64,000 nucleotides of DNA from positions 82,403-146,402 of the forward strand of contig JBBAED010000002.1 in assembly GCA_041656115.1 (NCBI GenBank). The letters are read 5' to 3'. Shown piece by piece: positions 10,830 to 20,581 of this stretch. How positions within the stretch are numbered: the first letter of the stretch is position 1; every line of letters begins with the position of its first letter. The DNA is from Dehalococcoidales bacterium (lineage in GTDB: Bacteria; Chloroflexota; Dehalococcoidia; Dehalococcoidales; UBA5627). Under the pieces are notes generated by a model that had not been told where the DNA came from, did no database searches, and saw only the letters and a list, made by a program, of their open reading frames with translations. The position numbers and the translations under genes were made by a program.

Positions 10830-11933
10830 TTAGCGAATTATAATTCCACCTGGCAGAGGGAATATTTCATCAATGGGAACCGCAAAGCCCATTCCTTCGA
10901 ATATTTGATCAAAGAAATATCCGTCATCGTCCCTGTATCCCACATATTTCCATGAAACAATCCCGACTACTTCGCCTTTAGCATTAACTAAAGGACCACC
11001 GCTGTTTCCGCCGTTAATTGTCGTATCTGTCTGAATATAATCGTTTCCGTCGCTAATTGCTGTACGGAAAGCGGAAACAATGCCTACGCTGTGGCTAAGC
11101 GGGTTCCCTAATGCAAGCGCATTCCCCACCGCCATAACCTGTTCGCCAACCTCAAGGTCAGCAGAGGAGCCTATGGCCGCAAAGCGAAAATCCTTTTTGA
11201 TCGACTTTATTTTAACCAGCGCAATATCAATATTGTTATAGAGATTTATTGCATCGCATACATATTTCGTTCCGTTGGTAAGGGTAATATCAAGATCATT
11301 AACATTGGCGTCCTCTACAACGTGGCGCGCAGTAACAATCCAGCCGTCGGCAGTAATAATAACCCCGGAACCGGTATAACCGTTAGCAGTTAGTATCACC
11401 ATTGAAGGTTCGATATCGGCTGCAATTTTCGCCCAATCTACGATGTTGGCTTCAGCAGAATCGATACGATCTTTAAGGCCGTCAACATCCGCCGATATCC
11501 CGGCGACACTATCTTCAACTCCGGCAAAGTTATCTTGTAAAGAAGCATAATCGCTGTTTAATCCGTTAATATCGCCCTTAATTACGGAAAGGTCACTGTT
11601 TACACCGCTTAACTGCCCCTGAACTCCGGATACATCATTTTGTATACCGGACATATCACTTTCAAGAGAAGACATAGTGTTATTTAGGTTCGACACACTC
11701 CCGCTGATAGCGGAAACATTGTTACTAACCCCCGACAAGTTTCCTTCTATAACGGAAACGCTCCCGTTTAAGGATGCAACATTCCCGTTAAGCGCTTCGA
11801 TTTGTGTGTTGGCAGTATTAAAATTATTGTGCATTTGATAGTAAAACACACCGTTAGCCACGATACCGGCAGTTAAAATAAAAAGCAGTACAATTATTGC
11901 AGTCGATTTCCATTTGTTCATTTCAGTCTCCAT
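10830..11933 (-). CDS. Membrane-anchored trypsin-like (S1C/HtrA-like) serine protease with a heptad-repeat stalk
   Basis: 367 aa. N-terminal TM helix. About 16 consecutive heptads, then a chymotrypsin fold with ARHVV (His), DIALVKI (Asp) and GNSGGPLVN (Ser). No PDZ domain. Confidence 0.8.
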   Translation of the reverse strand: METEMNKWKSTAIIVLLFILTAGIVANGVFYYQMHNNFNTANTQIEALNGNVASLNGSVSVIEGNLSGVSNNVSAISGSVSNLNNTMSSLESDMSGIQNDVSGVQGQLSGVNSDLSVIKGDINGLNSDYASLQDNFAGVEDSVAGISADVDGLKDRIDSAEANIVDWAKIAADIEPSMVILTANGYTGSGVIITADGWIVTARHVVEDANVNDLDITLTNGTKYVCDAINLYNNIDIALVKIKSIKKDFRFAAIGSSADLEVGEQVMAVGNALALGNPLSHSVGIVSAFRTAISDGNDYIQTDTTINGGNSGGPLVNAKGEVVGIVSWKYVGYRDDDGYFFDQIFEGMGFAVPIDEIFPLPGGIIIR

Positions 11934-12073
11934 TTAAAATTAGAAGGATTTTGATATCGTCTGATACGTTGTCATCGTATTGTACTCTATAAATAAGTTG
12001 AATGAAAAGAGTCCACAAGTTATAATGTATATTGTTTTTAATAGGGCAGGTTATCAATTTAACATAATATAAT

Positions 12074-12148
12074 GCGGGAGTAACTCAGCGGTAGAGTACC
12101 TGCCTTCCAAGCAGGTGGTCGCGGGTTCGAATCCCGTCTCCCGCTCCA
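12074..12148 (+). tRNA. tRNA-Gly (anticodon TCC), CCA encoded
   Basis: GCGGGAGTAACTCAGCGGTAGAGTACCTGCCTTCCAAGCAGGTGGTCGCGGGTTCGAATCCCGTCTCCCGCTCCA. Anticodon loop is CTTCCAA. Confidence 0.9.
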
Positions 12149-12200
12149 TTATTATTTTGTACTGCCGTGTGTTAAATGTTAAACTTTGTTGATAAACTAG

Positions 12201-12272
<72 letters not shown>

Positions 12273-12350
12273 CTTCTGTAATATCCTTCTTTGATTTCAT
12301 AACATCTGCTGTTTTTAATATACCGTAATAGATTATTTTAGAGGTGTAAA

Positions 12351-13202
12351 ATGCCGAGATGCCCAAATTGCTTCAGAGAAACAATGAGAACCCAAGATTG
12401 GGCCTGTTATTTATGCGGTTATCCGCTGGTTTCTCCCAATTTTAAGCTCATTGAAAAAACTTTTGGTCAAATCAGAGAAGAAAGACTGTACGGAGCTCAG
12501 CCTTTAATCGAAGATGAATCACCAATATCCTCCGATTGCAGTGAAGCCGATAATTTTACGGAAATGATGGATAGCGTGCCTCAGGTGTTCGATATTAAAG
12601 ATGCATATGACGATAACGATCCGGACGAAAATCCTTCTGGAACCAAAGATGATGAGGACGAAGACGAAGTATGTGAAGCTTTAGATGAAGATATAGATGA
12701 AGCGCCGATTACGGCAGATATAACCGTTGCAGATGAAGAAACCAATGAGAGTTTACAAGATCTTCCGGAAGATTCGGTGGATGAAGAAGAGATTGTTATT
12801 TGTGAGGAAGAAGCGGAACAAGAAGAAGTTTTCGAAGAACCACCCCAAACCGAACCTGAGCCACCGACGGCATCCCCGGATATCGAAATAACGGTTAGTG
12901 ATTTATTAAGCGAGTATGCCGATGATTACACGGCAGCCACCGCAAAGTTTATTAACAAAACGATTAGATTATCAGGCTACGTTGTTTCTATTGATATAAA
13001 AGAAGTACTTGCCGTTAACTATATCCGCCTTAGCGATGATTCTTTGAATCTTCCTAAAAGTGTTCAATGTATGTTCGATAAAAAATACGCCAACAAATTA
13101 AAAGAGTTGGAAAAGGGTCAATACGTTACCGTACAGGGAAATTACACGGGCTCATTAATTGCAATGCGGTTAGCGGACTGTGTTTTGGTTGAATTTGATT
13201 AA
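12351..13202 (+). CDS. Zinc-ribbon / acidic disordered linker / OB-fold (tRNA_anti-like) protein
   Basis: 283 aa. N-terminal CPNC...CYLCG ribbon. About 110 residues dominated by D/E. The C-terminal roughly 100 aa (FINKTIRLSGYVVSIDIKE...YVTVQGNYTG) resemble OB-fold tRNA_anti-like domains. Confidence 0.6.
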   Translation: MPRCPNCFRETMRTQDWACYLCGYPLVSPNFKLIEKTFGQIREERLYGAQPLIEDESPISSDCSEADNFTEMMDSVPQVFDIKDAYDDNDPDENPSGTKDDEDEDEVCEALDEDIDEAPITADITVADEETNESLQDLPEDSVDEEEIVICEEEAEQEEVFEEPPQTEPEPPTASPDIEITVSDLLSEYADDYTAATAKFINKTIRLSGYVVSIDIKEVLAVNYIRLSDDSLNLPKSVQCMFDKKYANKLKELEKGQYVTVQGNYTGSLIAMRLADCVLVEFD

Positions 13203-13272
13203 TGCTTTGGGGGCTTGATATTTCCGGCCGATACTTTTAATAATAATTTTGCTCAGATATTTTTTTAAATTT

Positions 13273-13306
13273 GGCTCCCGGGCTTAACGGCTTGGGAGCT
13301 TTTTAT
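13273..13306 (+). terminator. Intrinsic terminator after the 12351-13202 gene
   Basis: GGCTCCC-gggcttaacggctt-GGGAGCT followed by TTTTTATTTATT. Confidence 0.6.
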
Positions 13307-13847
13307 TTATTGATGCATTAATTGTGATATCTTTGATGTAACTAAAAAAACGGTTGATAATTTAATGGGTACGATATGTAGTGGCTGGATTGATATTCCA
13401 TACTATTTCCGTTCGATATTACATAATATATATTGTGCGAAGTATTTTGCACAAACGTAACCGTATTGTTTACATAATATACGAGTCATTCCTGAAACAT
13501 CCTCTTTTCTGATTAAGTCGGATAAAACAAAACAGTCGCCGACATTTTGATAACGGGTTGCCCGGGCGCCATTTTATTTTTTTAAATTTTTTGACGGACA
13601 ACCAACGATTTTCTAATTTCTGTTTTTTAACTTCCGTAAAAATTTCTTCCGTTTTCCCGGGGCTTCAAAAACCCACTCTTTTTAGAACCCTTTTAAAACA
13701 AAAATCCGCTAAATCTTAAAATACTACCCCTATTTACATGTTTTAGCCGTTTTGGGGCCTTATTTCATTTCTAAGACAACCAATTGAGAATTTAGTAATT
13801 TTGCATAGTTTTCTATTAACTATGCGAATAAAATGGCTAGATTTTGA

Positions 13848-14948
13848 CTACAGAGGCTCGTTTTTTGGTGTAAAACCAAAAGAGCCGAGGTCTTTGTTTT
13901 TTATGATGTTATCCACTTTTTCCAGGAGGTTTTTTAACCCCCAGCCGTTTTGAGCCGAAATAACCACCGTGTTTTCTTTTTCATTAATTTCTTGGTTTTC
14001 AAAAAATGACAGCGCTTCTTCTTCATTCCATTTTTTCTGAGAATCAAGTAAAACATCAATCTTGTTTAATACCGTAATAACCGGTTTGTCTGCAATTTCG
14101 AGATCTTCAAAAACAGCTTCTACAACTTCACACATTTCGGGGGCACTGGGAGAAGAAAAATCAACAACATGCAAAAGAAGCGAAGCCTCTTCCAATTCTT
14201 CAAGCGTTGCACGAAAAGCCGATACCACTACCGGCGGCAACTTTCTTATAAACCCGACTGTATCGGTAAGAAGGAACGGTGTTCTTTCCGGTAACGCAAT
14301 TCTTCTGGTAGTCGGGTCCAATGTTGCAAAAAGTTTGTCTTCGGCTAAAACACCGGCCTGACTAAGAACATTTAACAAAGTGCTTTTCCCCGAATTGGTA
14401 TAACCAACCAAGGCCACTATCGGGATTCCGCTTTTTTGGCGCCGGGTGCGATGAAGCATTCGGTGTTTTTTTACATCGTCAAGCTGTTTCTTTAATTTTT
14501 GGATTTTCCTGTTTATTAACCTGCGGTCGGTCTCCAACTGGGATTCACCCGGCCCTCTGGTACCAATACCGCCCCCAAGCCGCTCAAGATGGCTCCATTG
14601 TCCGGCTAATCTTGGTAATAAATATTGGTGCTGGGCAAGTTCTACCTGTAATTTACCTTCGTGTGTCTGAGCACGACGCGCAAAAATATCCAATATCAGC
14701 GCGACACGGTCAATTATCTTTGTGTCTAAAGCCTGTTCCAGGTTTCTTTGCTGTAAGGGCGATAATTCATCATCAAAAATAATTACATCGGGCTCCAGCG
14801 TGCTTTTAAGCTCAATAAGTTCATCCAGCTTACCTTTACCAATGTATAGATTTTTAGACGGCTGTTTTAAATTTTGAGTGAGCCTGCCGACAACAATTGC
14901 CCCGGCAGTATCAGCCAGCTTGGCCAGTTCATCAAGGGATTGGTCCAA
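13848..14948 (-). CDS. hflX: GTPase HflX (annotated from the TTG at 14948; the true start is probably further upstream, see findings)
   Basis: HflX N-domain and linker helices (ELAQHQYLLPRL...GPGESQLETDRR). G-domain motifs GYTNSGKST, DTVGF, NKID. Confidence 0.9.
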   Translation of the reverse strand: MDQSLDELAKLADTAGAIVVGRLTQNLKQPSKNLYIGKGKLDELIELKSTLEPDVIIFDDELSPLQQRNLEQALDTKIIDRVALILDIFARRAQTHEGKLQVELAQHQYLLPRLAGQWSHLERLGGGIGTRGPGESQLETDRRLINRKIQKLKKQLDDVKKHRMLHRTRRQKSGIPIVALVGYTNSGKSTLLNVLSQAGVLAEDKLFATLDPTTRRIALPERTPFLLTDTVGFIRKLPPVVVSAFRATLEELEEASLLLHVVDFSSPSAPEMCEVVEAVFEDLEIADKPVITVLNKIDVLLDSQKKWNEEEALSFFENQEINEKENTVVISAQNGWGLKNLLEKVDNIIKNKDLGSFGFTPKNEPL

Positions 14949-15060
14949 TGACCAGTTATCTTTGGCAGTATCAATACTAACCGAAACCAGTACTGCCTTT
15001 TCTTTATTCTTTAAAATACCTTGTAATCTACTATTAATATTATACCCCTATTATGTAAAG

Positions 15061-16254
15061 TTATTTTCTGATTTTAGGCTTGAATTTATCCTTCTCGTTT
15101 TTCCAGCCCGCTAAACGCGATAACCCCTTTATTAAATTCGGATCGGAAACCGTAAGCGATAAACGCACGTATCCCTCTCCATACGTTCCGTAAACAGTCC
15201 CGGGGGTTACAACAATTCCCAATTTATCTAAAAGGTCATCGGCAAATTCAGCTGAAGTATAACCTGCCGGAACCTTTGTCCAAACATACAAACCCGCCTT
15301 GGGCATTTCGGCGCTTGCCCCGATATCGTTTAGAACCTCAACAATAAGATCGCGGCGCCTTTGATAAACCAAGCTGCTTTTTGCGGGAGCGGTTTGTGCA
15401 TTATTTAACGCTTCGATTGCCCCGTATTGAATAGCTTGAGAAATCCCCGGATCCAAATTTGATTTTAGCTTGGTTATTAGCTGTATTACTTCGGGATTGC
15501 CAACAGCCATACCGATACGCCAGCCGGCCATATTGTAACTTTTTGAAAGTGAATGAAATTCAACCCCGACATCTTTTGCACCTTTAGCTTGTAAAAAACT
15601 GGGAGGATTATTCCCTTCAAAGGCAATTTCGGTATACGGCGCATCATGGCAAACCAATAGATTATGTTTTTGGGCAAATTCAGCAACATCCTCAAAGAAT
15701 TTCAAATCACATACAGCGCCGGTCGGGTTATTGGGATAGTTAATCCATATTATTTTAGCCTTTTTTAATACCGTTTCGGGAATTGCCTGCAAATCGGGCA
15801 AATAGTTATTTTGAGATAGAAGCGGCATTTTAAATACCTCACCGCCGGCTAAGACAGTTCCGGCTGTATAGGCAGGATATCCGGGATCAGGCACAAGGGC
15901 AACATCACCGGGATTTAAACAGGATAAAGATAGATACCCTATCCCCTCTTTAGAACCGTGCAGCGGCAAAATTTCATTATCAGGATTTAGAATTACACCG
16001 AAACGCCTCTTATACCAATCGGCAACGGCTTGCCGCAATTCGGGAAGCCCGGTTATATTGGGATAGCGATGGTTTAATGGGTCACCGGCTTTAGCTGATA
16101 TTTCATCAATTACATTTGTCGGAGTAGCAAAATCGGGGTCTCCCACACTGAAATCGATAACTTCTTCCCCCAAAGCCCTCTTTTCGGCAATTTTTTTGTT
16201 TACAGCCAAGAAATAATTGGGGGTAAGTGCATTTAGTCGATGTGAGATTTGCAT
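15061..16254 (-). CDS. Class I/II PLP-dependent aminotransferase (LL-diaminopimelate aminotransferase-like)
   Basis: 397 aa. PLP-lysine motif SLSKSYNMAGWRIG. The N-terminal LTPNYFLAVNKKIAE and NPNNPTG motifs are typical of the DapL/AspC group. The exact substrate cannot be assigned from sequence alone. Confidence 0.8.
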   Translation of the reverse strand: MQISHRLNALTPNYFLAVNKKIAEKRALGEEVIDFSVGDPDFATPTNVIDEISAKAGDPLNHRYPNITGLPELRQAVADWYKRRFGVILNPDNEILPLHGSKEGIGYLSLSCLNPGDVALVPDPGYPAYTAGTVLAGGEVFKMPLLSQNNYLPDLQAIPETVLKKAKIIWINYPNNPTGAVCDLKFFEDVAEFAQKHNLLVCHDAPYTEIAFEGNNPPSFLQAKGAKDVGVEFHSLSKSYNMAGWRIGMAVGNPEVIQLITKLKSNLDPGISQAIQYGAIEALNNAQTAPAKSSLVYQRRRDLIVEVLNDIGASAEMPKAGLYVWTKVPAGYTSAEFADDLLDKLGIVVTPGTVYGTYGEGYVRLSLTVSDPNLIKGLSRLAGWKNEKDKFKPKIRK

Positions 16255-16304
16255 CTTAGTATAACCTCAACATTCGCGGTTCAAGTATTACCGCAAAACT
16301 TATC

Positions 16305-17231
16305 TCATTTTGATATTAAAAAATCTTTAATCAGGTTTATAATATCAGGTTCAATATCATTCTGTACATCAAACCACTTAATTCTATCATCTTTTAGCTT
16401 AAACCAGTTATATTGGCTTCGCACGTAGCGATGGGTATCGTATTTGATTTGTCGAATCGCCTCATCGAGGCTGATTTGCCCGTTAATATACATTACCGTT
16501 TGTTTATAGCCGATGCCGGACATAGAGGGCAAATCTTCACTGTAGCCGCTCTGCAATAATCGACGGGTTTCAGCAATCAGACCGTTTTCAATCATTAAAT
16601 CAACCCTTTTATCAACTCTGCGGTAAAGTTCTTCACGTTCTGTGGTTAACCCTATAATAAGGGCATTATACTGTGCTTCTTTTTGCACCTCTTTATTCTG
16701 CTTGTTATCTTTGGAATTATGGACAATCTCCAAGGCCCTGATGACCCTGCGCGTATTAAACTTATCAATTTTTTCAGCCGCTTTAGGATCTAAAGCCTGC
16801 AGTTGTTGATAGAGGGCTTGGGTGCCAACTTCTTCCGCCTTTTTTTCAAGCAATTGCCGGTATTCAATATTGGGGACTACTTTGGGAATGGACCACCCCT
16901 CCAACACCGCCCAGACATATTGACCGCTGCCGCCTACTAAAACGGGAACTTTATTTCTTTGGGATATATCTTCAATTTTAGACAGACATTGTTCTTGATA
17001 TTCCGCCAGGCTATAGGGTTCATCGGGGTTAATTATATCGATTAGATGGTGAGGAACTAAAGCCATTTCTTGGGGCGGCGGTTTAGCGGTGCCGATATCC
17101 ATAAAGCGATAAACCTGACGGCTGTCAACACTAATAATTTCGCAATCAAATTTTTGTCCGATGGAGATTGCCAGATTACTTTTTCCGATACCTGTCGGTC
17201 CGACAATTGCAATTATCTTTTTCATAGGCAA
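16305..17231 (-). CDS. miaA: tRNA dimethylallyltransferase
   Basis: 308 aa. P-loop GPTGIGKS. DSRQVYRFMDIGTAKP and HHLID motifs. Confidence 0.9.
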   Translation of the reverse strand: MPMKKIIAIVGPTGIGKSNLAISIGQKFDCEIISVDSRQVYRFMDIGTAKPPPQEMALVPHHLIDIINPDEPYSLAEYQEQCLSKIEDISQRNKVPVLVGGSGQYVWAVLEGWSIPKVVPNIEYRQLLEKKAEEVGTQALYQQLQALDPKAAEKIDKFNTRRVIRALEIVHNSKDNKQNKEVQKEAQYNALIIGLTTEREELYRRVDKRVDLMIENGLIAETRRLLQSGYSEDLPSMSGIGYKQTVMYINGQISLDEAIRQIKYDTHRYVRSQYNWFKLKDDRIKWFDVQNDIEPDIINLIKDFLISK

Positions 17232-17289
17232 TAACGCAAAAAGAGAGGTAAATTAACCAAAGCGATAACAAATATAATTATTATGCAAA

Positions 17290-18063
17290 CTATGCCCTAT
17301 TTTGGCAATTCTTATAAACGATAGAGGTCTGTTCGACCATACTAATAAATTGATCGGATTTAAGGCTGGCCCCGCCAACCAAAGCCCCGTCTATTTCTTC
17401 CTGCCCCATCAATTCGGTAATATTTTCAGCATTGGCACTTCCACCGTAAAGGATACGCATTTCAGAAGCAACTTGTTGACCGAAAAGCGAACAAACTTTA
17501 TTTCTGATTTTCCCGATGATTTCACCAGCTTGTTCGGGGCTGGCCGATTTCCCGGTTCCGATTGCCCAAATCGGCTCGTAAGCAATAACAAGCCCGCCGA
17601 TATTTTCGATATTCAAAAAGGCTTCGTCCAATTGCCTTTCAAGAACCGCAACAGTTCTATCGGCCTGGTTATCTTCCAGGTTTTCTCCGATGCATAAAAT
17701 GGGGGTAATTCCAAATTTCAAAGCGGTAATAAGCTTGCGGTTAACGTACAAATCGTCGTTAAAATATTGTCTGCGTTCCGAATGGCCAATAATAACATAC
17801 TCGCAATATTCTTTAATCATCAGCGGTGAAACTTCACCGGTAAAGGCGCCTTTTTCTTCATAATGAACATTTTGCGCCCCTACTTTTACGGAGCTTTTAG
17901 CCAATAATTCGGAAACTGTTTTTAGCGATATAAACGGAGGGCAAACGAGCTTTTCAACCCCTGTAATCTCATCAAGCGGTTTAAGCAAATTAATAACAAG
18001 CGAAGTGGCTTCTTCGGTTGTTGTATTCATTTTCCAATTACCTGCAATCAGTGGAGTTCTCAT
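17290..18063 (-). CDS. tpiA: Triosephosphate isomerase
   Basis: 257 aa. AGNWKMN, IIGHSERR, AYEPIWAIGTG, YGGS signatures. Confidence 0.95.
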   Translation of the reverse strand: MRTPLIAGNWKMNTTTEEATSLVINLLKPLDEITGVEKLVCPPFISLKTVSELLAKSSVKVGAQNVHYEEKGAFTGEVSPLMIKEYCEYVIIGHSERRQYFNDDLYVNRKLITALKFGITPILCIGENLEDNQADRTVAVLERQLDEAFLNIENIGGLVIAYEPIWAIGTGKSASPEQAGEIIGKIRNKVCSLFGQQVASEMRILYGGSANAENITELMGQEEIDGALVGGASLKSDQFISMVEQTSIVYKNCQNRA

Positions 18064-18065
18064 TT

Positions 18066-19277
18066 TTATGCTCCGTATTTATTCAGTTTGAGGGCGTTGG
18101 CCATCGCCAGCGGCATAATATCGGTTGCCGCAATCCTTCCTAAGCCGCCGTAGATACATGCCAATTCGGTAAACTGCTGAACGGCATCCGGACGGCACCA
18201 TTGTGAATGAATAAGGACAGGCACCGAGTGCCAACTATGCCCTTTCATCGTAGCCGGGGTAGAGTGGTCTCCGGCAACTACAATTACATCAGGGTTAAGA
18301 GCGGTAATTTCGGGGATTAGTTTATCCAAGTGCTCCAAAGCCTTTACCTTGGCACTAAAATCACCGTCTTCACCGCGCGCATCGGTTTCCTTAATATGGA
18401 TAAAGAAGAAGTCATGGTTAGCGTAATGCTGTTTAAGCGTTGCAATTTCATCTTCAACCGAGATGCCTGTTTTTAATATTTCCATGCCGACAGCCCTCGC
18501 CAACCCGCGATACATCGGATATGAGGCAATCGCCGCCGGTTTCAATTTGTATATCTCCGACATAGCGGGGAGTTCCGGCTTTCCATCAAAACCTCGGAGT
18601 AATAACATATTTGCCGATTCATAAGAGGAAAGAATTTCTTTTACACGTTCAAGATACTTATTTATAATTTCTGCCGTTCTTTCGGCACCGGGATTATCAG
18701 CTAAAACCTTTAACGGCGCCATTCCAACCTGCTGCGGATCGGAATCGGAGATTGCAGAACTAAGACCTTTGCCGCGTAAAACCAAACACATACGGTGGTC
18801 TTTAACAGGTAAAGCCAAAACAGTTACGCCGTCAATTGTAATGTTATTAATCAAATCACAGAGTTTAGTGCTTTGTTCGGTTAAAATTCTACCGGCACGT
18901 CTATCGGTAATTATGCCTTCTTTATCGACAGTACAAAAATTACCGCGGGCGGCAACATCACCGGGCATGAGCGGGAAATCAATTCCCATCGCTTCCAATG
19001 CCCCGCGTCCTATAAGATAAGTAATAGGGTCATATCCGAACAAAGCCAAATGACCCGGGGCGCTTCCGGATGTTATTCCGGGGCTGACAGGGTCGGATAA
19101 ACCGCAAATACTCTTGGCGGCAAGCAAATCCAAATTAGGGGTATTGGCAGTTTCCAATTCGGTTTTACCGCTAACGTTATCGGGAAGGCCGCCAAGCCCA
19201 TCAACAACCAACAATATAATTTTTGAGGGCGTAGTTTTTGCTAATCCTTTAATAAACTGCAGATTTACCCTACTCAA
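18066..19277 (-). CDS. apgM: Cofactor-independent phosphoglycerate mutase, archaeal-type (ApgM family)
   Basis: 403 aa. Alkaline-phosphatase-superfamily metal sites (LLVVDGLGG..., DGDF, GDHSTP). Located between pgk and tpiA. Confidence 0.8.
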   Translation of the reverse strand: MSRVNLQFIKGLAKTTPSKIILLVVDGLGGLPDNVSGKTELETANTPNLDLLAAKSICGLSDPVSPGITSGSAPGHLALFGYDPITYLIGRGALEAMGIDFPLMPGDVAARGNFCTVDKEGIITDRRAGRILTEQSTKLCDLINNITIDGVTVLALPVKDHRMCLVLRGKGLSSAISDSDPQQVGMAPLKVLADNPGAERTAEIINKYLERVKEILSSYESANMLLLRGFDGKPELPAMSEIYKLKPAAIASYPMYRGLARAVGMEILKTGISVEDEIATLKQHYANHDFFFIHIKETDARGEDGDFSAKVKALEHLDKLIPEITALNPDVIVVAGDHSTPATMKGHSWHSVPVLIHSQWCRPDAVQQFTELACIYGGLGRIAATDIMPLAMANALKLNKYGA

Positions 19278-19283
19278 AATAAT

Positions 19284-20504
19284 CTACTCCGCTTTAGCCA
19301 ATTTTGTTTTTGCCTCTTTAGGAAGCAGTGCCTCGACGCCGGGAAGGGTTTTCCCGCTTAAAAATTTTAACGAGGCGCCGCCGCCGGTGGAAACAAAAGT
19401 CATTTTATGGCCTAATTTCATTTCGGTTACTATTTCCGATGTTGACCCGCCGCCGATAATGGTTGTCCCGTGTAAATTAGCGATGATTTTTGCCATCATT
19501 TTTGTCCCTTCACTAAACTGAGGAATTTCATATATTCCCATCGGTCCGTTCCAGAAAACGGTACGGCATTTTTCAAGCGCTTTGGTAAATTTTGTTATTG
19601 TCAGAGTTCCGACATCAACGATATGTTTATTTGAAGGAATATTGGCAATACCTACATTTTCGGTTTGAGCATTTGTGCTGATTTCATCGGCAACAAGCAT
19701 ATCATCGGGAAGAACAAGTTTAACACCGTTTTTGTTGGCTTTTTCGATTATATCCGAGGCAGTATCGAGTGAATCGTCAATTAAGGATGCACCAACCTCA
19801 TATGATTGTGCTTTTAAGAAAGTAGCCGCCATACCTCCGCCGATAATTATGGTATCCACCTTGCCCATAATGTTATTTAACATGGCAACTTTATCGCTTA
19901 CTTTAGCCCCGCCCAAAAGTACCGCAAAGGGGTGCGGCGGGTCGGTGAGCACCTTCCCTAAGGCATCTATTTCCTTTTCCAGGAGCAAACCGGATACGGA
20001 AGGGATATACTTTGTAACACCCACAATCGAAGCGTGTTTTCTGTGAGCGGTACCAAAGGCATCATTTACAAAAATATCGCCGTGCTTGGACAAAGCCTCC
20101 GCAAAAGCGGCATCGCCCTCTTCTTCTTCGGCATAAAAACGCAGATTTTCTAATAGCAAGACATCCCCGTTTTGCATAGCACTAATGGCACTGTCTACTT
20201 CGGGGCCGATACAATCACCGACAAAACCAACCGGCTGCCTCATAATTTTTGATAAGCGCTTAGCCACAAAATCCAAGCTAAACTCGGGATTGACCTCACC
20301 GGCGGGACGACCGAGATGTGAACACAGAATAACCTTGGCACCCCTCTCAACAAGGTAATCAATTGTTGGGAGTGACGCCCTGATACGACTGTCATCGGTA
20401 ACAGTACGTGTTTCGCATTTAAAGGGGACATTAAAGTCAACCCTTACAAGTACATTTTTCCCACTGACATCGATATCTCTAACTGTTAACTTATTCATTT
20501 GCAC
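19284..20504 (-). CDS. pgk: Phosphoglycerate kinase
   Basis: 406 aa. VRVDFNVP, SHLGRP, NDAFGTAHR, GGGDT-like GGGMAATFL and STGGGASL motifs. Confidence 0.95.
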   Translation of the reverse strand: MQMNKLTVRDIDVSGKNVLVRVDFNVPFKCETRTVTDDSRIRASLPTIDYLVERGAKVILCSHLGRPAGEVNPEFSLDFVAKRLSKIMRQPVGFVGDCIGPEVDSAISAMQNGDVLLLENLRFYAEEEEGDAAFAEALSKHGDIFVNDAFGTAHRKHASIVGVTKYIPSVSGLLLEKEIDALGKVLTDPPHPFAVLLGGAKVSDKVAMLNNIMGKVDTIIIGGGMAATFLKAQSYEVGASLIDDSLDTASDIIEKANKNGVKLVLPDDMLVADEISTNAQTENVGIANIPSNKHIVDVGTLTITKFTKALEKCRTVFWNGPMGIYEIPQFSEGTKMMAKIIANLHGTTIIGGGSTSEIVTEMKLGHKMTFVSTGGGASLKFLSGKTLPGVEALLPKEAKTKLAKAE

Positions 20505-20581
20505 CCTTTTTAATGAAAATAAAACAAAAATCAGGCAATCTTGTACCTGATACCTTCACCGTAATTATATACCATTTTTAT

